Source of the DNA: an uncultured Actinomycetota bacterium
GTDB taxonomy: Bacteria > Actinomycetota > Thermoleophilia > RBG-16-64-13
Direction of reading: 5' to 3'
NCBI GenBank assembly: GCA_963736705.1
Contig: CAVTPV010000005.1
Span: forward strand, 5,306 to 69,305
Length of the DNA stretch: 64,000 bases
The notes under the pieces were generated by a model, which did no database searches, had not been told where the DNA came from, and worked only from the letters and a program-made list of their open reading frames with translations. This document shows, one piece after another, positions 24,836-38,992 of this stretch. Position 1 is the stretch's first letter. Each line of letters starts with the position of its first letter. The position numbers and the translations under genes were made by a program.

Positions 24836-26516
24836 GTGGGGCAGGAACGGCAGCTTGCTCTCCCCGCGCTCGCGCTTGTTGTAGAAGAAGAACGCCGGGA
24901 TCACCGCCAGCCCGATGATGACGGCCGCGATGAGGAAGAAGTTGCTGAACACGGTGTGAAGGGCCTTGTCGATGGCGGCGTCCGCCGCGTCCTTCATGGC
25001 CTGCCACTGCGCGTCGGTCAAGCCCTCCGGCCGCACGATGGGGATGACGATATCGTTCGCCAGGGCGTTGTAGCGCCGGACGCCCCAGGAACTGAGCGCC
25101 GACAGGGCCAGCACCATCCCCACCATCCGCGACACCGTCACCAGCGCCGAGCCGGTGGCCATCCACCGGGTGCCGGACGCGTGGGTGACGGTGGCGCCGA
25201 TGGGGCCCACCACCAGTCCGAAGCCGAAGCCGCTGATGAAGCAGGTCCCGGAGTCATCAGCAGGCTCGCCGGGTGAAGCGACCAGCGGCTGACAAGGAGG
25301 ATATCCGCCGCAGGCCACCAGGAAGCCGAGTATCGCGACGGCCCGGTAGCCGATGTAGATCCGCCAGCAAGCCCCCGATGACGGCGCCCACCGGGATCAT
25401 CACGGTCAGCTCGGATGAGCAGGAGCCCGCTCCCGATCTCGGACTCATCCCGAACAGGGTGTTGGCGTAGAGCGGGATCTCCACCATCCCGATGATGAGA
25501 GCGGCGCCCACCAGCAAGTGCGCGATGTTCGCGGCGGCGAACGGCGGCTTGCGGAACAGTCCGAAGCCGGATGAGCGGCCGATCGGTGTCCGCCACTCCC
25601 AGAGGAGGAACAGCGGCGAACGCCACAGCGGCGACCAGCAACCACGGCCAGCGCACCACGCCGCCGGCGCCCGTGGGGTCGCCGGTGCCGGTGTTCACCA
25701 TGGTCGTCCCGGTCCCCAACCCGATGGTGACTCCGGCCAGGGACAGGGCCATGAGCGCCGCGCCCGACATAGTCGACCTGCCCTTGCGCAACCACCAACG
25801 CCGCCCGCGCGTCTCACCGCGCTCGAGCCGCGCTCTGCCGCGCACCGGCTCGGCGAGCCAAGCGGACTTCCTCCGGTGCAGCTCGGCGTCCGGATACGAC
25901 GGCGCGGCTCCCGGCCGGAGCAGCCACCAGCACAGCGGGATGAGTATCAGGCACAGCGGGATGTTCACCAGGAAGATGAGCCGCCAGCTCCAGGCCAGCG
26001 ATAGCGCCGACCCCGTACATGGGACCGAGGACTCCCCCGGCCTCCGCCGCTCCGCCGATGATGCCCAGCACCAGCGCGCGTCGGGACAGCGGGATACATG
26101 TCGGCCGCGGCCGCCATCGCGATGGGGACGAGCGCCCCGCCACCGGCCGCCTGGATGACGCGGGCCACCACGAAGAGGTCGAGCCGCGCCAGGAACACGC
26201 AGAGAGCGCTCCCGATGAGGAACAGGCCCAGCGCCACCATGGTCATCAGGCGGCGGCCCCGACGTCGGCCAGCCGGCCGAACAGCGGCATGGCCACCGTG
26301 TAGCCCAAGCAGGTAGGCGGTGATGATCCAGCCGGCGTCGTTGAGGTTGCGCACGTCGATGTACAGCGAGCGCATGATGTCGGGCATGACCGTGAGGACC
26401 ATGGTCTGGTCGAGCGCCGCCACGAAGACGGCGGCGCACAGCGCCACCATGGCCAGAGTGGCGCCCCTGGAGAGGTTCTTACCAGCCGGCTTGAGGTCGG
26501 CAGACCGGGGGGTCAC
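24836..26516 (-). CDS. MFS transporter (DHA2/EmrB-QacA-like; P55/Rv1410c-like partner of LprG), many frameshifts
   Basis: 'MVALCAAVFVAALDQTMVLTVMPDIMRSL...DAGWIITAYLLG...GRLMTMVALGLFLIGSALC' N-terminus and a C-terminal MFS helix set in ORFs 25965..26516, 25257..25517 and 24833..25318. Confidence 0.65.
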
Positions 26517-26518
26517 GG

Positions 26519-27244
26519 TCAGATGGGAGCCTTGATGTCCACGAAGACATCGAGATTGGAAAGGACGATGCTACGCCAGGTGCCCTCCGGCTCGTCGGCG
26601 GTGGCTGGGCCCGTGGATGTCCACCTCGTAGATGTAGCTGTCGTCGACCCCGATCCAGATATCGACGGGGAAGGGGGTCGTCGGTGGTGGTCGATTGAGC
26701 GATGGCCTTGACGGCCGCCGCGGGCACGCTCCCCGCGATGTGGTAGCACTTGGCGCCGGCCTTCTTCTCCTCACCCATGTACTTGGCGCCGGTCGACCTG
26801 CTCGAGGATCTGCACCGTGCTGGCCCCGAGAGTGAGCTTGCCGACCGGGCTGGACTCCACCGGGATCGTCTGCCAGGCGCCCATCTGCAGGTACTGCGTG
26901 TCGCCCACCTGCACGAAGTTGAGGGTCAGCGGCACGTTGCCCTGGGTGACGTCGATGGCGGCCTGCATGTTGCCGTCGGAGTTGACGTCGCCGGTGATGC
27001 GGGCGATCTCCAGGCCGGTGCCGGGCTTGGTGCCGGCCGGCTTGTGGACTTCGTACACGAAGTGGAAGCCCTTGATGAGCTTCATCTTGGCGGCCGAGCC
27101 GGAGAGCACGGTGGCTGGGTCCACCTGCGCCGCGCTCCCTCCGCAGCCCAGGGCGAACAGGGCGGTGCCGCCCACGACCCCGGCGAGGACGGCCGCGGCT
27201 GCGATGACTGCGATATGTCGGCGAAGTCGTTTCATAGCGCTCAT
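26519..27244 (-). CDS. LppX/LprAFG-family lipoprotein (LprG-like), about 2 frameshifts
   Basis: Signal peptide + lipobox 'AVLAGVVGGTALFALGCGG'; 'KMKLIKGFHFVYEV...LTLNFVQVGDTQYL'; stop abuts the downstream MFS gene (3-nt gap), as in the mycobacterial lprG–p55 operon. Confidence 0.55.
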
Positions 27245-27366
27245 TATATGCAGCCTTGCCCCAGACGACACTATCGCGGACGACGGATGCCGCCAAGGCG
27301 GCCGCCGCGCGCCGCGGGCTGCTACAATTGCGGCGCAGCATCATCAGCAGTGGCACAGGGGTTCGT

Positions 27367-28196
27367 TATGGCAGCTGAGAACAGGCACACCCACCCCAAT
27401 TACTCCTCAGGCGAAGACTACATCCTGGAATTCCGCAGCTTCCGGTACGGGTTCAACAGCGTTGACTTCGCTCAGAGGGTCGAGATGGCGGCGGTGGAGC
27501 TTGGTCTTGTGGAACCCGGCCTGCTTCGCAACGATGAGTGCGCCGATCTGGTGCAACTGGTCGCCGGCGGCGTCATCGAATTCCCGGTCAGCTCGCTCGG
27601 CGAGTACCTGCTTGAACGCGGGGAGGACGTTCTCACCCTGCACGGCGAATGCCTGGTCTACTGGCTGCGCGAACTGGTGTTCCGCAGCGCCTGGCTGGAT
27701 CTGAGGCTCATCGAAGGCCAGCTCGAGGTTGCCTTCGAGGACGAGGAAGGCCAGTTCGCCTACTTCCCCACGGGGCACCGGTCGCGCCGCATCGGCCCTC
27801 CGCCTCATCCCTCGTGGCAGGAAGTCGCATACACCCGCTCGTAGCCACGACCGCCCAGTTCGTCTTCGCTTGAGATCGGCCGATACCGTCCAGTCCCTCC
27901 GGCTGGCTTTCAAGAGGACCTTCACCGCGTACTACCTCGCCCTGGCTTCCCCGGGTATCGCCGACCCCACCGAGGCCTTCGAGACCGCCTTGGCCTATCT
28001 GGACGAGCTTCACGCGCAGCTCGGCCGAGCCGAGTTCATGCACCGGCTGGACGACGACACCACCCATATGGCCGGCCAGGTCGAGCAGGACCTCAGGCAC
28101 AAGCTGAAGGGCCGGGCGTACGATCCCGACTACGACGACATCGAGGATCGCCTGCGGGAATGCTTCGAGTACGGGTTGTCGCAACTCCCCGGCTAA
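27367..28196 (+). CDS. Hypothetical protein (~275 aa), 1 frameshift near 27850
   Basis: ORFs 26750..27844 (from M at 'MAAENRHT') and 27729..28196 join to one polypeptide; no recognisable motifs. Confidence 0.4.
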
Positions 28197-28233
28197 CAGC
28201 CAACCAACGTCTCATGCGGTAGAATCCCGGACC

Positions 28234-28983
28234 ATGAGTTTCTTCCAGGACTGGCTGATACCGCTGCTCGAGAACCACGGCCTGCTCATCGTGTTCCTCA
28301 CGATGGTGGCCGAGAGCGCCTGCATCCCCATCCCCAGCGAGATCGTGGTGCCGTACGGGGGCCTGCTCGCCGCTCAGGGGGACACCCGGATGTGGATGGT
28401 CATCGCCGTGGCCACCCTCGCCAACCTCGTGGGCTCCACCATCGCCTACGGCGTCGGGCGCTACGGCGGCCGGACTCTCTTCCTCCGCTACGGCAAGTAC
28501 GTGCTGGTGCAGCCGCATCACCTCGACAAGGCCGATGTCTGGTTCGAGAAGCACGGGCAGCTCACCGTGTTCTTCACCCGCATGATGCCGGGTGTCCGCA
28601 CCTTCATCTCGCTGCCGGCCGGCATCGCCAAGATGCCGTTCGTCAAGTTCCTGCTCTACTCGGCCGCCGGCTCCGTCATCTGGAACGCCGCCCTGGCCTA
28701 CCTGGGCTACGGGTTCCGCAAGGCGCTCGGCGAGGACGGCTGGGACAGGCTGCAGGAGATCTTCCACGAGTACAACCTGTACTTCTACATCGTGCTCGCG
28801 GTGTTCGTGCTCGCGGTGATCGGCTGGGGGTATCTGCGCTGGCGCGAAGGCGCAAGGCGACCGCCGGCGCGAGCGGACGAAGCCGGCCGAGCTCCTAAGA
28901 CAGGACTTTGGAGAGGAAGAGCTTGGTCCGCTCTTCCTTGGGATCCCCGAGCACCTGTTCGGGCGGGCCCATCTCCACGATGA
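28234..28983 (+). CDS. DedA/SNARE-associated family membrane protein
   Basis: '[26 protein letters not shown]...[16 protein letters not shown]...[40 protein letters not shown]'; the last ~30 codons overlap the convergent ABC ATPase, and an alternative frame gives a stop at 28898. Confidence 0.7.
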   Translation: MSFFQDWLIPLLENHGLLIVFLTMVAESACIPIPSEIVVPYGGLLAAQGDTRMWMVIAVATLANLVGSTIAYGVGRYGGRTLFLRYGKYVLVQPHHLDKADVWFEKHGQLTVFFTRMMPGVRTFISLPAGIAKMPFVKFLLYSAAGSVIWNAALAYLGYGFRKALGEDGWDRLQEIFHEYNLYFYIVLAVFVLAVIGWGYLRWREGARRPPARADEAGRAPKTGLWRGRAWSALPWDPRAPVRAGPSPR

Positions 28984-29652
28984 CGCCGCCGTCCATGAGG
29001 GCCACGCCGTCCGCCGCTTCCTTGGCGAAGCCGATCTCGTGGGTCACCACCACCATGGTCATGCCCTCGTGGGCCAGGCGCTTCATGACGTCCAGCACTT
29101 CGCCCACCAGCTCGGGGTCCAGGGCCGACGTGGGTTCGTCGAACAGCATGAGCTTGGGCTTCATGGCGAGAGCCCGGGCGATGGCCACCCGCTGCTGCTG
29201 GCCGCCGGAGAGTTGCGCCGGGTAGACGTCAAGCTTCTCCTTGAGGCCCACCTCGTCAGAGCAGCTTCTCGGCCTCGTGCTCCGCCTGCTTCTTGTCGGT
29301 CTTCTTGACCCTGATCGGCGCCTCCATCACGTTCTCGATGGCGGTCAGATGCGGGAAGAGGTTGAACCGCTGGAAGACCATGCCGATGCTGGCTCGCTGC
29401 CTGGAGACATCGCGCTGGTGCATCTCGTGCAGGACGTCGCCCTTCTGCCTGTAGCCCATCAATTCGCCGTCCACCCATAGGCGGCCGGCGTCGATCTTCT
29501 CCAGATGGTTGATGCAGCGGAGAAGGGTGGATTTGCCCCCGCCCGAGGGTCCCAGCAGGACGAAGGTCTCGCCGTGGCTTGACCACCAAGTCGACGCCCT
29601 TGAGCACGTCCAGCTTGCCGAAGGACTTCCAGACCTGCTCGGCCTTGACCAT
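28895..29652 (-). CDS. Amino-acid ABC transporter ATP-binding protein (GlnQ/HisP-like), 2 frameshifts
   Basis: Walker A '[11 protein letters not shown]', signature '[15 protein letters not shown]', Walker B '[12 protein letters not shown]', H-loop 'VVVTHE'. Confidence 0.75.
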
Positions 29653-29775
29653 CGGCTGCCCGGACGTCGCCTCGGCATGGCCGGCGGACGAGCTCGTGCG
29701 AGACGCTAGTCCCAGTTTCCAGGTTCATTGACGTCGGCCACCACTTTCTGCTGGAGTCGCTTCTGCGCTCTCTTC

Positions 29776-30667
29776 TCAGCCGACTACGGTCTCGTTCGCG
29801 CCGAAGCCCTTGCCGAAGTGGCGCTCGAGATAGTGCTGCCCGATGGTGAAGAGCGTCGTGAAGAAGATGTACCAGATGCATGCCACGATCAGCAGCGGCA
29901 TGATCTTGAAGTTCTGAGAGTAGAGGATCTGGAGTCTTGGTCATGAGCTCGTTGACGGTGCCGAGGACGGCGACAAGCGAGGTGGTCTTGAGCATGGAGA
30001 TGGTCTCGTTGCCCATGGGCGGGATGATGACACGCATCGCCTGCGGAAGGACGATGCGTCTCATCGTCAGCGGGAACGACATGCCCAGGGACTCAGCTGC
30101 CTCGCTCTGGCCCCTGTCTACGGAGATGATGCCCGCCCGGACGAGTTCGGCCGCATAGGCCGCCTCGTTGAGTCCCAGCGCCAGGATGGCGGCCACCATG
30201 CCGCCTATGATCCTGTTCGTTTCGACCCCCCCGAAGCGCCAGGCCGGTGAACGGCAGGCTCGAGGAAGAGCTTGGGATAGAGGATCCCGAAGTTGCCCCA
30301 GATGAGGATCTGCACGTATACCGGTGTGCCGCGGAAGAACCAGATGTACAACCAGGACAGACCCGGAGAGGATGTAGTTCTTCGACAGCCGCATGACGGC
30401 GAGGAGTGTGCCGCCGACAGCGCCGATCACCATTGCGATGACGGTGAGTTGGATGGTGCCGAGCACCGCGCGCAGGATTATCGGCTTGAACAGATAGTCG
30501 CCGACGACGTCCCACTGGAGCTTGTCGTTCTTCGCCAGCGAGTAGACGAGCGCGGCGAAGAGATAGAGGATCACGACCGAGGCGATCCAGCGGCCCCAAT
30601 GCTTGATCGGGACCGCTTTGATCGCCTCGGGTCGTGAATCCGACCCGCTGGACCCCCGGTTCACCAC
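29776..30667 (-). CDS. Amino-acid ABC transporter permease (His/Glu/Gln/Arg/opine family), at least 3 frameshifts
   Basis: '[27 protein letters not shown]', EAA-like '[31 protein letters not shown]'; C-terminus read from the minus strand '...[13 protein letters not shown]'. Confidence 0.65.
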
Positions 30668-30718
30668 CGCGGGTGCGTCTGTTCCGAGTTGGGTCAGCGG
30701 GTTTCACGTAGCCGGTGT

Positions 30719-31729
30719 CTAGGCCCCGCTACCGGGGTCTTTGCTGGCGTTGACGTCAGCCTGCGGATAGGGCTGGAGGCCGTAGTGGTCGATGATGGTC
30801 TTGTAGGTGCCGTCGTCCATGAGGGACTGGAGGGCCTTCTGGATGGCGTCACGCAGACCGGTGTTGGTCTTGCCCACGGCGATGCCGTCGATCTTGAGCT
30901 CGAAGCCCAGGCCGGCCGGCGGGTTCGGGTCGACGACGAGTTCGAACGCGTTGCCGTTGTCGGTCGTCTGGGCCACGTAGGCGCCGGTGGAGGCGTCGGT
31001 CAGGTCGGCGACGACGTTGCCACTCTGGATGGCCAGCAGGCGGCCGGCTGATCCGGGAACTCGCTGATGGTCATCTCGGGTTTGCCCTCGGCCTTGAGGT
31101 ATCTCGTTCAGCTTGGCCAGGTGCGGCGCCTGGGTGGTGCCCTTCTCGCAACCGACGCTCTTGCCGGACAGATCCAGCCAGCCGGCGATCTTCTCGGGGT
31201 TGCCCTTCGGCGACCAGCAGCGCGGTGCCGTCTTTGGCGTAGTCGACGAAGTCGGCCTGTTTCTGCCGGGTCAGGTCGTCGTACATGCTGGACATGATGA
31301 CGTCGATGTTGCCCGCTTCGAGGCCGATGAGCAGGCTGTCGAACTGGTCATGGCACGAACTCGAACTTGACGCCGAGTTTGGCGCCCATGGCCTGGGCCA
31401 GGTCGTAGTCGAAACCGGTGAACTGGTCGGTTCTCGCCCACGAACATCTCCCACGGCGGGTACGGAGCGTCGCTGCCGACTTTGACGGCAGCGTCTTTGT
31501 ACTTGGCCGGGACGAGAGCCGCGGCGGCTTCGTCGACTTTGATGCCTGCGACGATCGTGTTGATGTCGTAGGCAGCCGGCGCCGCGGTGGTCTCCGTGGG
31601 AGCCGCCGTGGTCTCGGTCGGAGCCGCTGTCGTCGTGGTCGTCTCGCCACCGCAAGCGGCAACCGAGGCCGCCGCGAGCACGAGCACGAGCACGAGCAGC
31701 ACGATAGAAAGGACAGATGTCTTCTTCAA
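30719..31729 (-). CDS. Amino-acid ABC transporter substrate-binding lipoprotein, several frameshifts
   Basis: Signal peptide + lipobox 'LAAASVAACGG'; Thr-rich linker; 'GFDYDLAQAMGAKLGVKFEFVP', 'ELKIDGIAVGKTNTGLRDAIQKALQSLMDDGTYKTIIDHYGL'. Confidence 0.6.
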
Positions 31730-31906
31730 AACTACCCCACCTCCTGGGATTTGCCGGCCGGTCGTTCGGGACGGGGTCGCCTGGACGTGCCGGATTCGGC
31801 CTTGCAGGCCTTACCTGATTGTGAATTGATACCACGCGTGACCCCATCTGTCTAACTTTTGCGGCAGAAAGGTCTGCAAAAGCCCGGTCGCAGGTATACT
31901 CCGAGC

Positions 31907-32969
31907 ACAATGAGTCTCGATACCGACGCATCTCGACCCGCTCTCCCCGGCGAGCCCCTGTTCCAGGAGCCCGCCGCCAACGGCGTCACCTGCACCGTGT
32001 GCCCCCATCTCTGTGTGATCGCGGAGAATGCCGAGGGCATCTGCAAGGCCCGGGGCGTGCGCGCCGGCAAGGTCGTCAGCCTCACCTACGGCCGGCCGGC
32101 AAGCGTCATCAGCGACGAGATCGAGAAGAAGCCGCTGTTTCATTTCCATCCCGGTACGCGGGCCCTTTCGCTGGGCTGCTACGGCTGCAACGTGCTGTGC
32201 AGCGGCTGTCAGAACTGGCAGATCTCCCACGCCAACGCCCGCAACGAGACGGCCCGCCTGTCCGAACTCACGCCGGACGACGCTGTCTCTCTGGCCAGGC
32301 GCCACAAGCTCTCCGGGCGTCGCGTTCACCTATAACGATCCCGTCGTGTGGATCGAGTACGTGCGCGATGTGTGCGCCGCCTTCAAGCAGGCCGGTCTCT
32401 ACACAGCCTTCATCACCGCCGGGTACATCAGCGAGGCCGCCCTTGACTACGTGGGCCCGTACATCGAGGCCTTCAAGTTCGACCTCAAATCCGCCGGCCC
32501 CGACGGCTGGGCCAAGCTGTCCAAAGTGAAAGACCCGGCGCCGGCGCTGGCCGCGGCGGTGCGCGCCCAGGAGAAGCACGGCTGCCACGTGGAGGTGGTC
32601 TCCAACCTGGTGCCCGGCATCAACGACGACGACGAGAGCATCAAGACCATGGCCGGCTGGGTGCGCGACGCTCTGGGGCCCAAGACGCCCTGGCACGTCA
32701 CCCGCTACCTGCCCGAGTTCGAGCTCTCCTACATCCCGGCGACCCCCATCAAGACCCTCGAGAAGGCTGTTCTGCTCGGCAAGCGTGAGGGACTACAATT
32801 CGTGTACCTGGGGAACGTCGCCGGACATCCGGGTCGCGACACCATCTGTCCCGCGTGCGGACGAAAAGTCATCGAGCGGGACGAGCAGATGGCGCACAAC
32901 CTGCTTGTCCGGGGCGGGCTCTGCGGGGCCTGTGGCGAGGACCTGAACATAGTGGATGGTTGGGAATGA
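31907..32969 (+). CDS. AmmeMemoRadiSam-system-type radical SAM enzyme (AmrS family), 1 frameshift near 32320
   Basis: 'CTVCPHLCVIAENAEGICKAR' + 'EIEKKPLFHFHPGTRALSLGCYGCNVLCSGCQNWQIS' (Cx3Cx2C) + '...VVSNLVPGINDD'. Confidence 0.7.
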
Positions 32970-33405
32970 ACCCTTCTGCGGTGTCGTTGTCTATACCGTG
33001 CCGCGCCGAGTATGTTTCGCTGTGCCGATTGGTGGCCGGGTCGCTGGGCCTGCGTGACGGCCTGGACGAAGACGTCATCGCCGACCTCAAGGTCATCGTC
33101 ACTGAGGCGTGCAACTGCTTCCTGGCCATGGCGGCGGCTCCGCCGGAGGCCGCGGCCGCCCAGGAAGGCGTGCCGGCTTCCGAGGTCCCCTCGCTGCAGA
33201 TGGACTTCGATTCCCAGGCGGATGCCTTCGTCATCAACGTGATCTATCCGGAGAAGCGCGAGCTGGTGTCGTGGCTGGAAGGCCGCGAAGCCCTCAGTGC
33301 GGCCGGGCTGGGCCTGACCATCCTCAAGGCTCTCACCGACGAGATGGTGGAGTCGGTTGACGGGAGCGGTACCGTCCTTCGCCTGACCAAGCGCCTGCCG
33401 GCGTA
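32969..33405 (+). CDS. Anti-sigma regulatory factor-like protein (RsbW-type HATPase_c fold, 145 aa, intact)
   Basis: 'LKVIVTEACNCFLAMAA...GLGLTILKALTDEMVESVDGSGTVLRLTKRL'; start overlaps the upstream stop (ATGA). Confidence 0.5.
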
Positions 33406-33424
33406 GCCGGCGCGGAAGACCGCC

Positions 33425-35456
33425 TTGGCCGCCACGCCGCGCACCCTCTCCGCGCTCGCACTCTCGCCGGCCGTCGCTCTTCTCGCGCTCCTTCTTCTCT
33501 TCGGCTCGCCTTCTTCGGCCGCCGCCGCAGCCCAAGCCGCCTCCGCTGATCTGACCGTCGCGATGGACCGGGCGCTCACCCAGGTGAGCGAGAGCGCCGC
33601 CATCACCATCTCCGGGGACGCGATAGCGGCCCTCGACGCCGGCGCCACCGTGGAGGTGCGGGTCACCGGGCCGGCCTCGCTCGCGCAGATCACTCAGTCC
33701 TCCGCCGCCCTGCCCATCGTGGGCAGCTTCACCATCGCCGCGGAGTCGCTCTCCGGAGTCGCGCGTCCCGACGCTTCCCAACTCCATCTGCCCATCCCGA
33801 TGACCGCGCTTGCCCGTGTCCCCTGGCGCGTACCGGGTCACGGTGGACATCAGGTCGGACGGCGCCCTGGTGGCCACGGGCGGCACGTGGATGGGCAGGG
33901 TGGCCCCCCGGGGCGGCTCGCTCGATCTGGCCTTCGTGTGGCGGGCTGAGCTCGGCATCCACAAGGATCCGCAGGGCCGCTTCTTCGATACGGTCGTGCA
34001 GGAAGCCTGCGCCACCGGCGGCGCCTTGCCTGGGCTTGCCGGTCTCAGCGCCCGCTTCCCCGATTGGCGCTTCAGCCTCGGTATCGAGCCGGTGCTGCTG
34101 ACGCAGTTGCGCGACCTGTCCGACGGCTACACACGGGCCGACGGCTCGGAAGCAGGCGCGGTTGTGGGAGCCGACGATCAGACGTCCAAGGACGCCAAGG
34201 CGGTCCTTGCCAGCCTCGCGGGCAACGCCGAGGCCGACACCGTGGAAGTCGCGGCCGCGCCCTATGCCGGCCCCGATCTGGGCCTGCTGGGCACGCAGGA
34301 CTGGCGAGACGGCTTCTCCCAGGTCCAGTTGGGCAAGCAGGAGGTCCTCCAGACGCTCGCCTTGGGGCTCCCACCTTCGGGCGCGTTCTCGCCCGGTCTC
34401 GATCTGAGCAGCGACAGCGTGGGCGACTATGGACAGGCGTCCGTGGACCATGTGCTGGTGGATGCCGGAGTGGCCGAGTCTCTCAACGAGGCGCCGGCCA
34501 AGGGCGCCGTTGCGGTGCGCGTCCATGACGACTCCAACGACCGGGTGACCCTCATCCTGGCGGATAGCGACCTGCGCGCGCTCATGGCGCCTCCCTGGGA
34601 CCCGACAGTGCTGTTCGCCGGTATCGCGGCGGTGCTGGCCTCGGGTGACCACGACGCCCTGGTGCTCACCACCCAGCAAGACTACGTCCTGCCTCCGCAG
34701 GCCTATCTGGACGCCATCGGCGAGGAACTCAAGAAGGACTCCTGGATCCGCACCCAGACCATGAGCGACCTCCTGAAGTCCCACCCCCCCGGCACGCGCC
34801 CGCTGCTCCTCACCCGGGACCCGGTGCTTCCGGCCGGCTACATCGGGCAGACGATCTTCGCGGCCATCCAAGCGGCCCACCTAGCCGTCGACGACCTGGT
34901 CGCCGGCGCGGACCCCGCCAGCCTGACCCTCGAGTCGGCCCGCCGTTCGCTCTACCTGGCCGAGAGCCGCTGGTGGGCGCGTGAGGGCGTCAGCCCGGAG
35001 CAGGCGAGCGCGGGGCTGGCCTACGCCGTCCAGGCCGAGACGACCAGCAAGGACGCCTTGAGCAAGGTCGGCCTCAGCGGCATGAGGGACGCGCTCATCT
35101 GGGGGACCGACGGCGAGGTGACCATATCCGCCATGAACGGCGGCGACTCGACCATGACCGTCGAGGTGAGCCTATCCGGCGACGGTCTCGAGTTCCCGGA
35201 AGGCTCCACGGTCACGGCCAAGCTCAAGCCCGGCGACAACAACATCACGGTGCCGGTGGTCGGCACCTCCAAGTCCCGGGAGCTTGCCGCGCAGATGGCG
35301 GTGGGTAGCACCGTCCTGGGCCGGCAGACGGCCTCCCTGCACTTCGTCACCGTCACCGATATCCTGCCGTGGGCCGGGCTCGCGGTGTTCGTGATCATCG
35401 TCATCGGCGTGACGATCTGGCTCGTGCTCCGAAGAAGGAAGCACAGGCGCAGATAA
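33425..35456 (+). CDS. Secreted, C-terminally membrane-anchored protein of unknown function (~675 aa), 1 frameshift near 33830
   Basis: N-terminal signal peptide (ALALSPAVALLALLLLFGSPSSAAAAAQA); C-terminal TM + 'LRRRKHRRR' stop-transfer sequence; no catalytic motifs recognised. Confidence 0.45.
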
Positions 35457-35525
35457 AGCCGTCGCACGCTCGTGCCGATACTCCCGTTGTAGCTTTACTT
35501 CGCATCGGGAGTGCCGGATCAGGAC

Positions 35526-35876
35526 ATGAGAGTCTTGCTGTCAACGTTCATTCTGCTGGCCATCGTGGTCGTCCTCATCTTCGACGGTGTCAGCATGTAC
35601 GGGGCTCACCGAGAAGCCGTGAACTTCGCCGCCGAGGCGGCCGAGCAGGCGACGCAGACCTTCGTCGACACCAAGGGCAACGAAGACGCGGTCCACAGGA
35701 TCGTCCAGGACATGGCGACCACCGAGGGCGTCGAACTCGTGGAGATGAGCCTACCACAAGGGCACCACGCGCTGGTACGAAGTGACCATCAAGGCGGAAA
35801 GCAACAGCATCCTTCTGAAGTACATCCCGTACTTCAAGGACCGCCTATCTCAGAAGTCCACCACCATCGAGCACTT

Positions 35877-35880
<4 letters not shown>
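35526..35880 (+). CDS. Small membrane protein (~117 aa), 1 frameshift near 35760
   Basis: 'MRVLLSTFILLAIVVVLIFDGVSMYGAHREAVNFAAEAAEQATQTFVDTKGNEDAVHRIVQDMATTEGVELVEMSLPQG|TTRWYEVTIKAESNSILLKYIPYFKDRLSQKSTTIEHF*'. Confidence 0.35.
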
Positions 35881-37218
<1,338 letters not shown>

Positions 37219-37249
37219 CGGTCCTATCCTTTGTCTAGTCCTTGCACAC

Positions 37250-38877
37250 GAGAGCGCCCAGACGCTCGGTGAGGAACACGTTCTCCCGGTAGTCGACGGG
37301 GCAATCGATGACCGTCACTCCCGGGCTTCCGAATAGCGGCCTTCAGGGTCGGGAGCAGATCCGAGGCCTTCTCGATCCGGTAGCCTTCGGCTCCGAAACT
37401 CCTCGCATAGAGGACGAAATCCGGATTATCGAAGTTTACACAACTCGCGCGCCCCAGTTGGCAGACCTGCTTCCACTCGATCAGTCCGTACGACGAATCG
37501 TTCCAGATGAGCACCACCATGTTGACGCCCAGGCGGACGGCTGTCTCGAGTTCCTGGGAGTTGATCATGAACCCGCCGTCGCCGGTGACCGCCAGGATGG
37601 TCCTGTCCGGGTGGACGAGACCGGCCGCGATGGCTCCGGGCAGGGCGATGCCCATGGCCGCGAAACCGTTGGAGACGATGCAGGTGTTGGGCCGTTCGGC
37701 CTGGTAGAGGCGGGCCAGCCACATCTTGTGGGCGCCCACGTCGCTGATGACGATGTCCTCGGGGCCCAGCGCCCGGCGGATGTCGTTGATGATCTTCTGG
37801 GGTTTCACCGGGTAGCCCTGGTCCTCGGCGTATTCAGCGATCTCGTCCAGCAGGTTGCGGCGAGGGGTGTTGGCCACGCGGAAGCGGTGGCGGCGGCAGC
37901 GCTCGCGCAGCGCGTCCAGGCTGGCTCCGATATGGCAGACCACGCCCCCATCGACCACGTAGTGCTCGTCCACCTCGGCCGGCAGTCGAATGGATGTGCA
38001 CCAGCTTGTGCTCGTCCCGGCGCCACAGGTAGGGGTGATACTCCACCATGTCGTACCCGACGCAGATGATCAGGTCGGCCTGCTTGAAGCCGCAGAAGTT
38101 GTAGTCGTTGGAGTTGAGCCCGGCCGTGCCCAGCAGCAGCTTGTGCGAGGCGGGGATGACGCCCTTGGCCATGAAGGTGGTGACCACCGGGATGTTGAGG
38201 GATCTCGGCGAACTCCACCAACTGCTCCGACGCGTTCATGCGGATGACGCCGTGCCCGGCCAGGATGAGCGGCGAGTGCGAGGCGTCGAGCAGCGCGGCC
38301 ACTTCGTCCAGCTTGCTCGGGGTTCGGGTACGGCAGGCCGGGGCTCTGCCGGCGCAGCGGCGCCAGGCCCTCGATCGTCCATCTCCTGGACGTTCTGCGG
38401 GAACTCGATGAAGCAGGCCCCCGGCGCCTCCGCTTCGGCCACCTTGAAAGCCTTGCGCACGATCTCCGGGATGGTCCGGGGCATGCGCACCTGGGCGCCG
38501 TACTTGGTGATGGGCTTGAACAGTTCGCACCAGGTCGATCACCTGGTGGCTGATCTTGTGCAGCCGGGTGGTGGGCGCCTGGCCGGAGATGGCCACCAGC
38601 GGGGCCATGTCCATGTTGGCGTCGGCCACGCCGGTCACCAGGTTGGTGGCGCCGGGGCCCAGGGTGGAGAGGCAGACGCCCGCCCGGCCGGTGAGCCGTC
38701 CGTACACGTCGGCCATGAAGGCGGCGCCCTGTTCGTGCCGGGTGGGGATGAACTTGATGGTGCTGCTGTTGACGATGGAGTCGACGAGTTGGAGCGTCTC
38801 TTCGCCCGGAATCCCGAAGATGTACTCCACGCCCTCGTTCTCGAGACACCGAGTGAAAAGATCCGCGGCTTTCATTC
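37250..38877 (-). CDS. Thiamine-pyrophosphate enzyme, acetolactate-synthase-large-subunit-like, at least 4 frameshifts
   Basis: 'MKAADLFTRCLENEGVEYIFGIPGEETLQLVDS...RHEQGAAFMADVYGRLTGRAGVCLSTLGPGATNLVTGVADANMDMAPLVAISGQ' + TPP-binding 'AVTGDGGFMINSQELETAVRLGVNMVVLIWNDSSYGLI'. Confidence 0.7.
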
Positions 38878-38920
38878 AGCCACTCCTTGAGTAGTGGGAC
38901 CCGCCCCCCGGGTCTCTCGT

Positions 38921-38988
38921 CTTAGAATATAGATTCTAGATTCTATGGTCAAGAGCCTCCAATTGAACGCTCTTTGGTGCTAGAATCG
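38921..38988. promoter_or_regulatory. Divergent promoter/operator region with TAGAAT / ATTCTA palindromes (putative TetR operator; extended -10 TGcTAGAAT for a leaderless tetR transcript)
   Basis: cttAGAATATAGATTCTAGATTCTAtgg (38921-38948; overlapping palindromes TAGAAT-ATAG-ATTCTA and TCTAGA), CAATTG at 38960, and tgCTAGAATcgg at 38978-38989, 7 nt before the GTG start of tetR. Confidence 0.4.
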
Positions 38989-38992
38989 GGCT

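Noticed and set aside
24751-24836. GC-rich inverted segments between the yhaM-like and MFS genes as an intrinsic terminator
   Set aside because: No stable stem followed by a T-tract could be drawn from the sequence; left unannotated.
32969-33405. Calling the RsbW-like ORF the Memo or AMMECR1 partner of the radical SAM enzyme
   Set aside because: The sequence has HATPase_c anti-sigma features (IVTEACNCF..., GLGLTIL...) and none of the Memo or AMMECR1 motifs.
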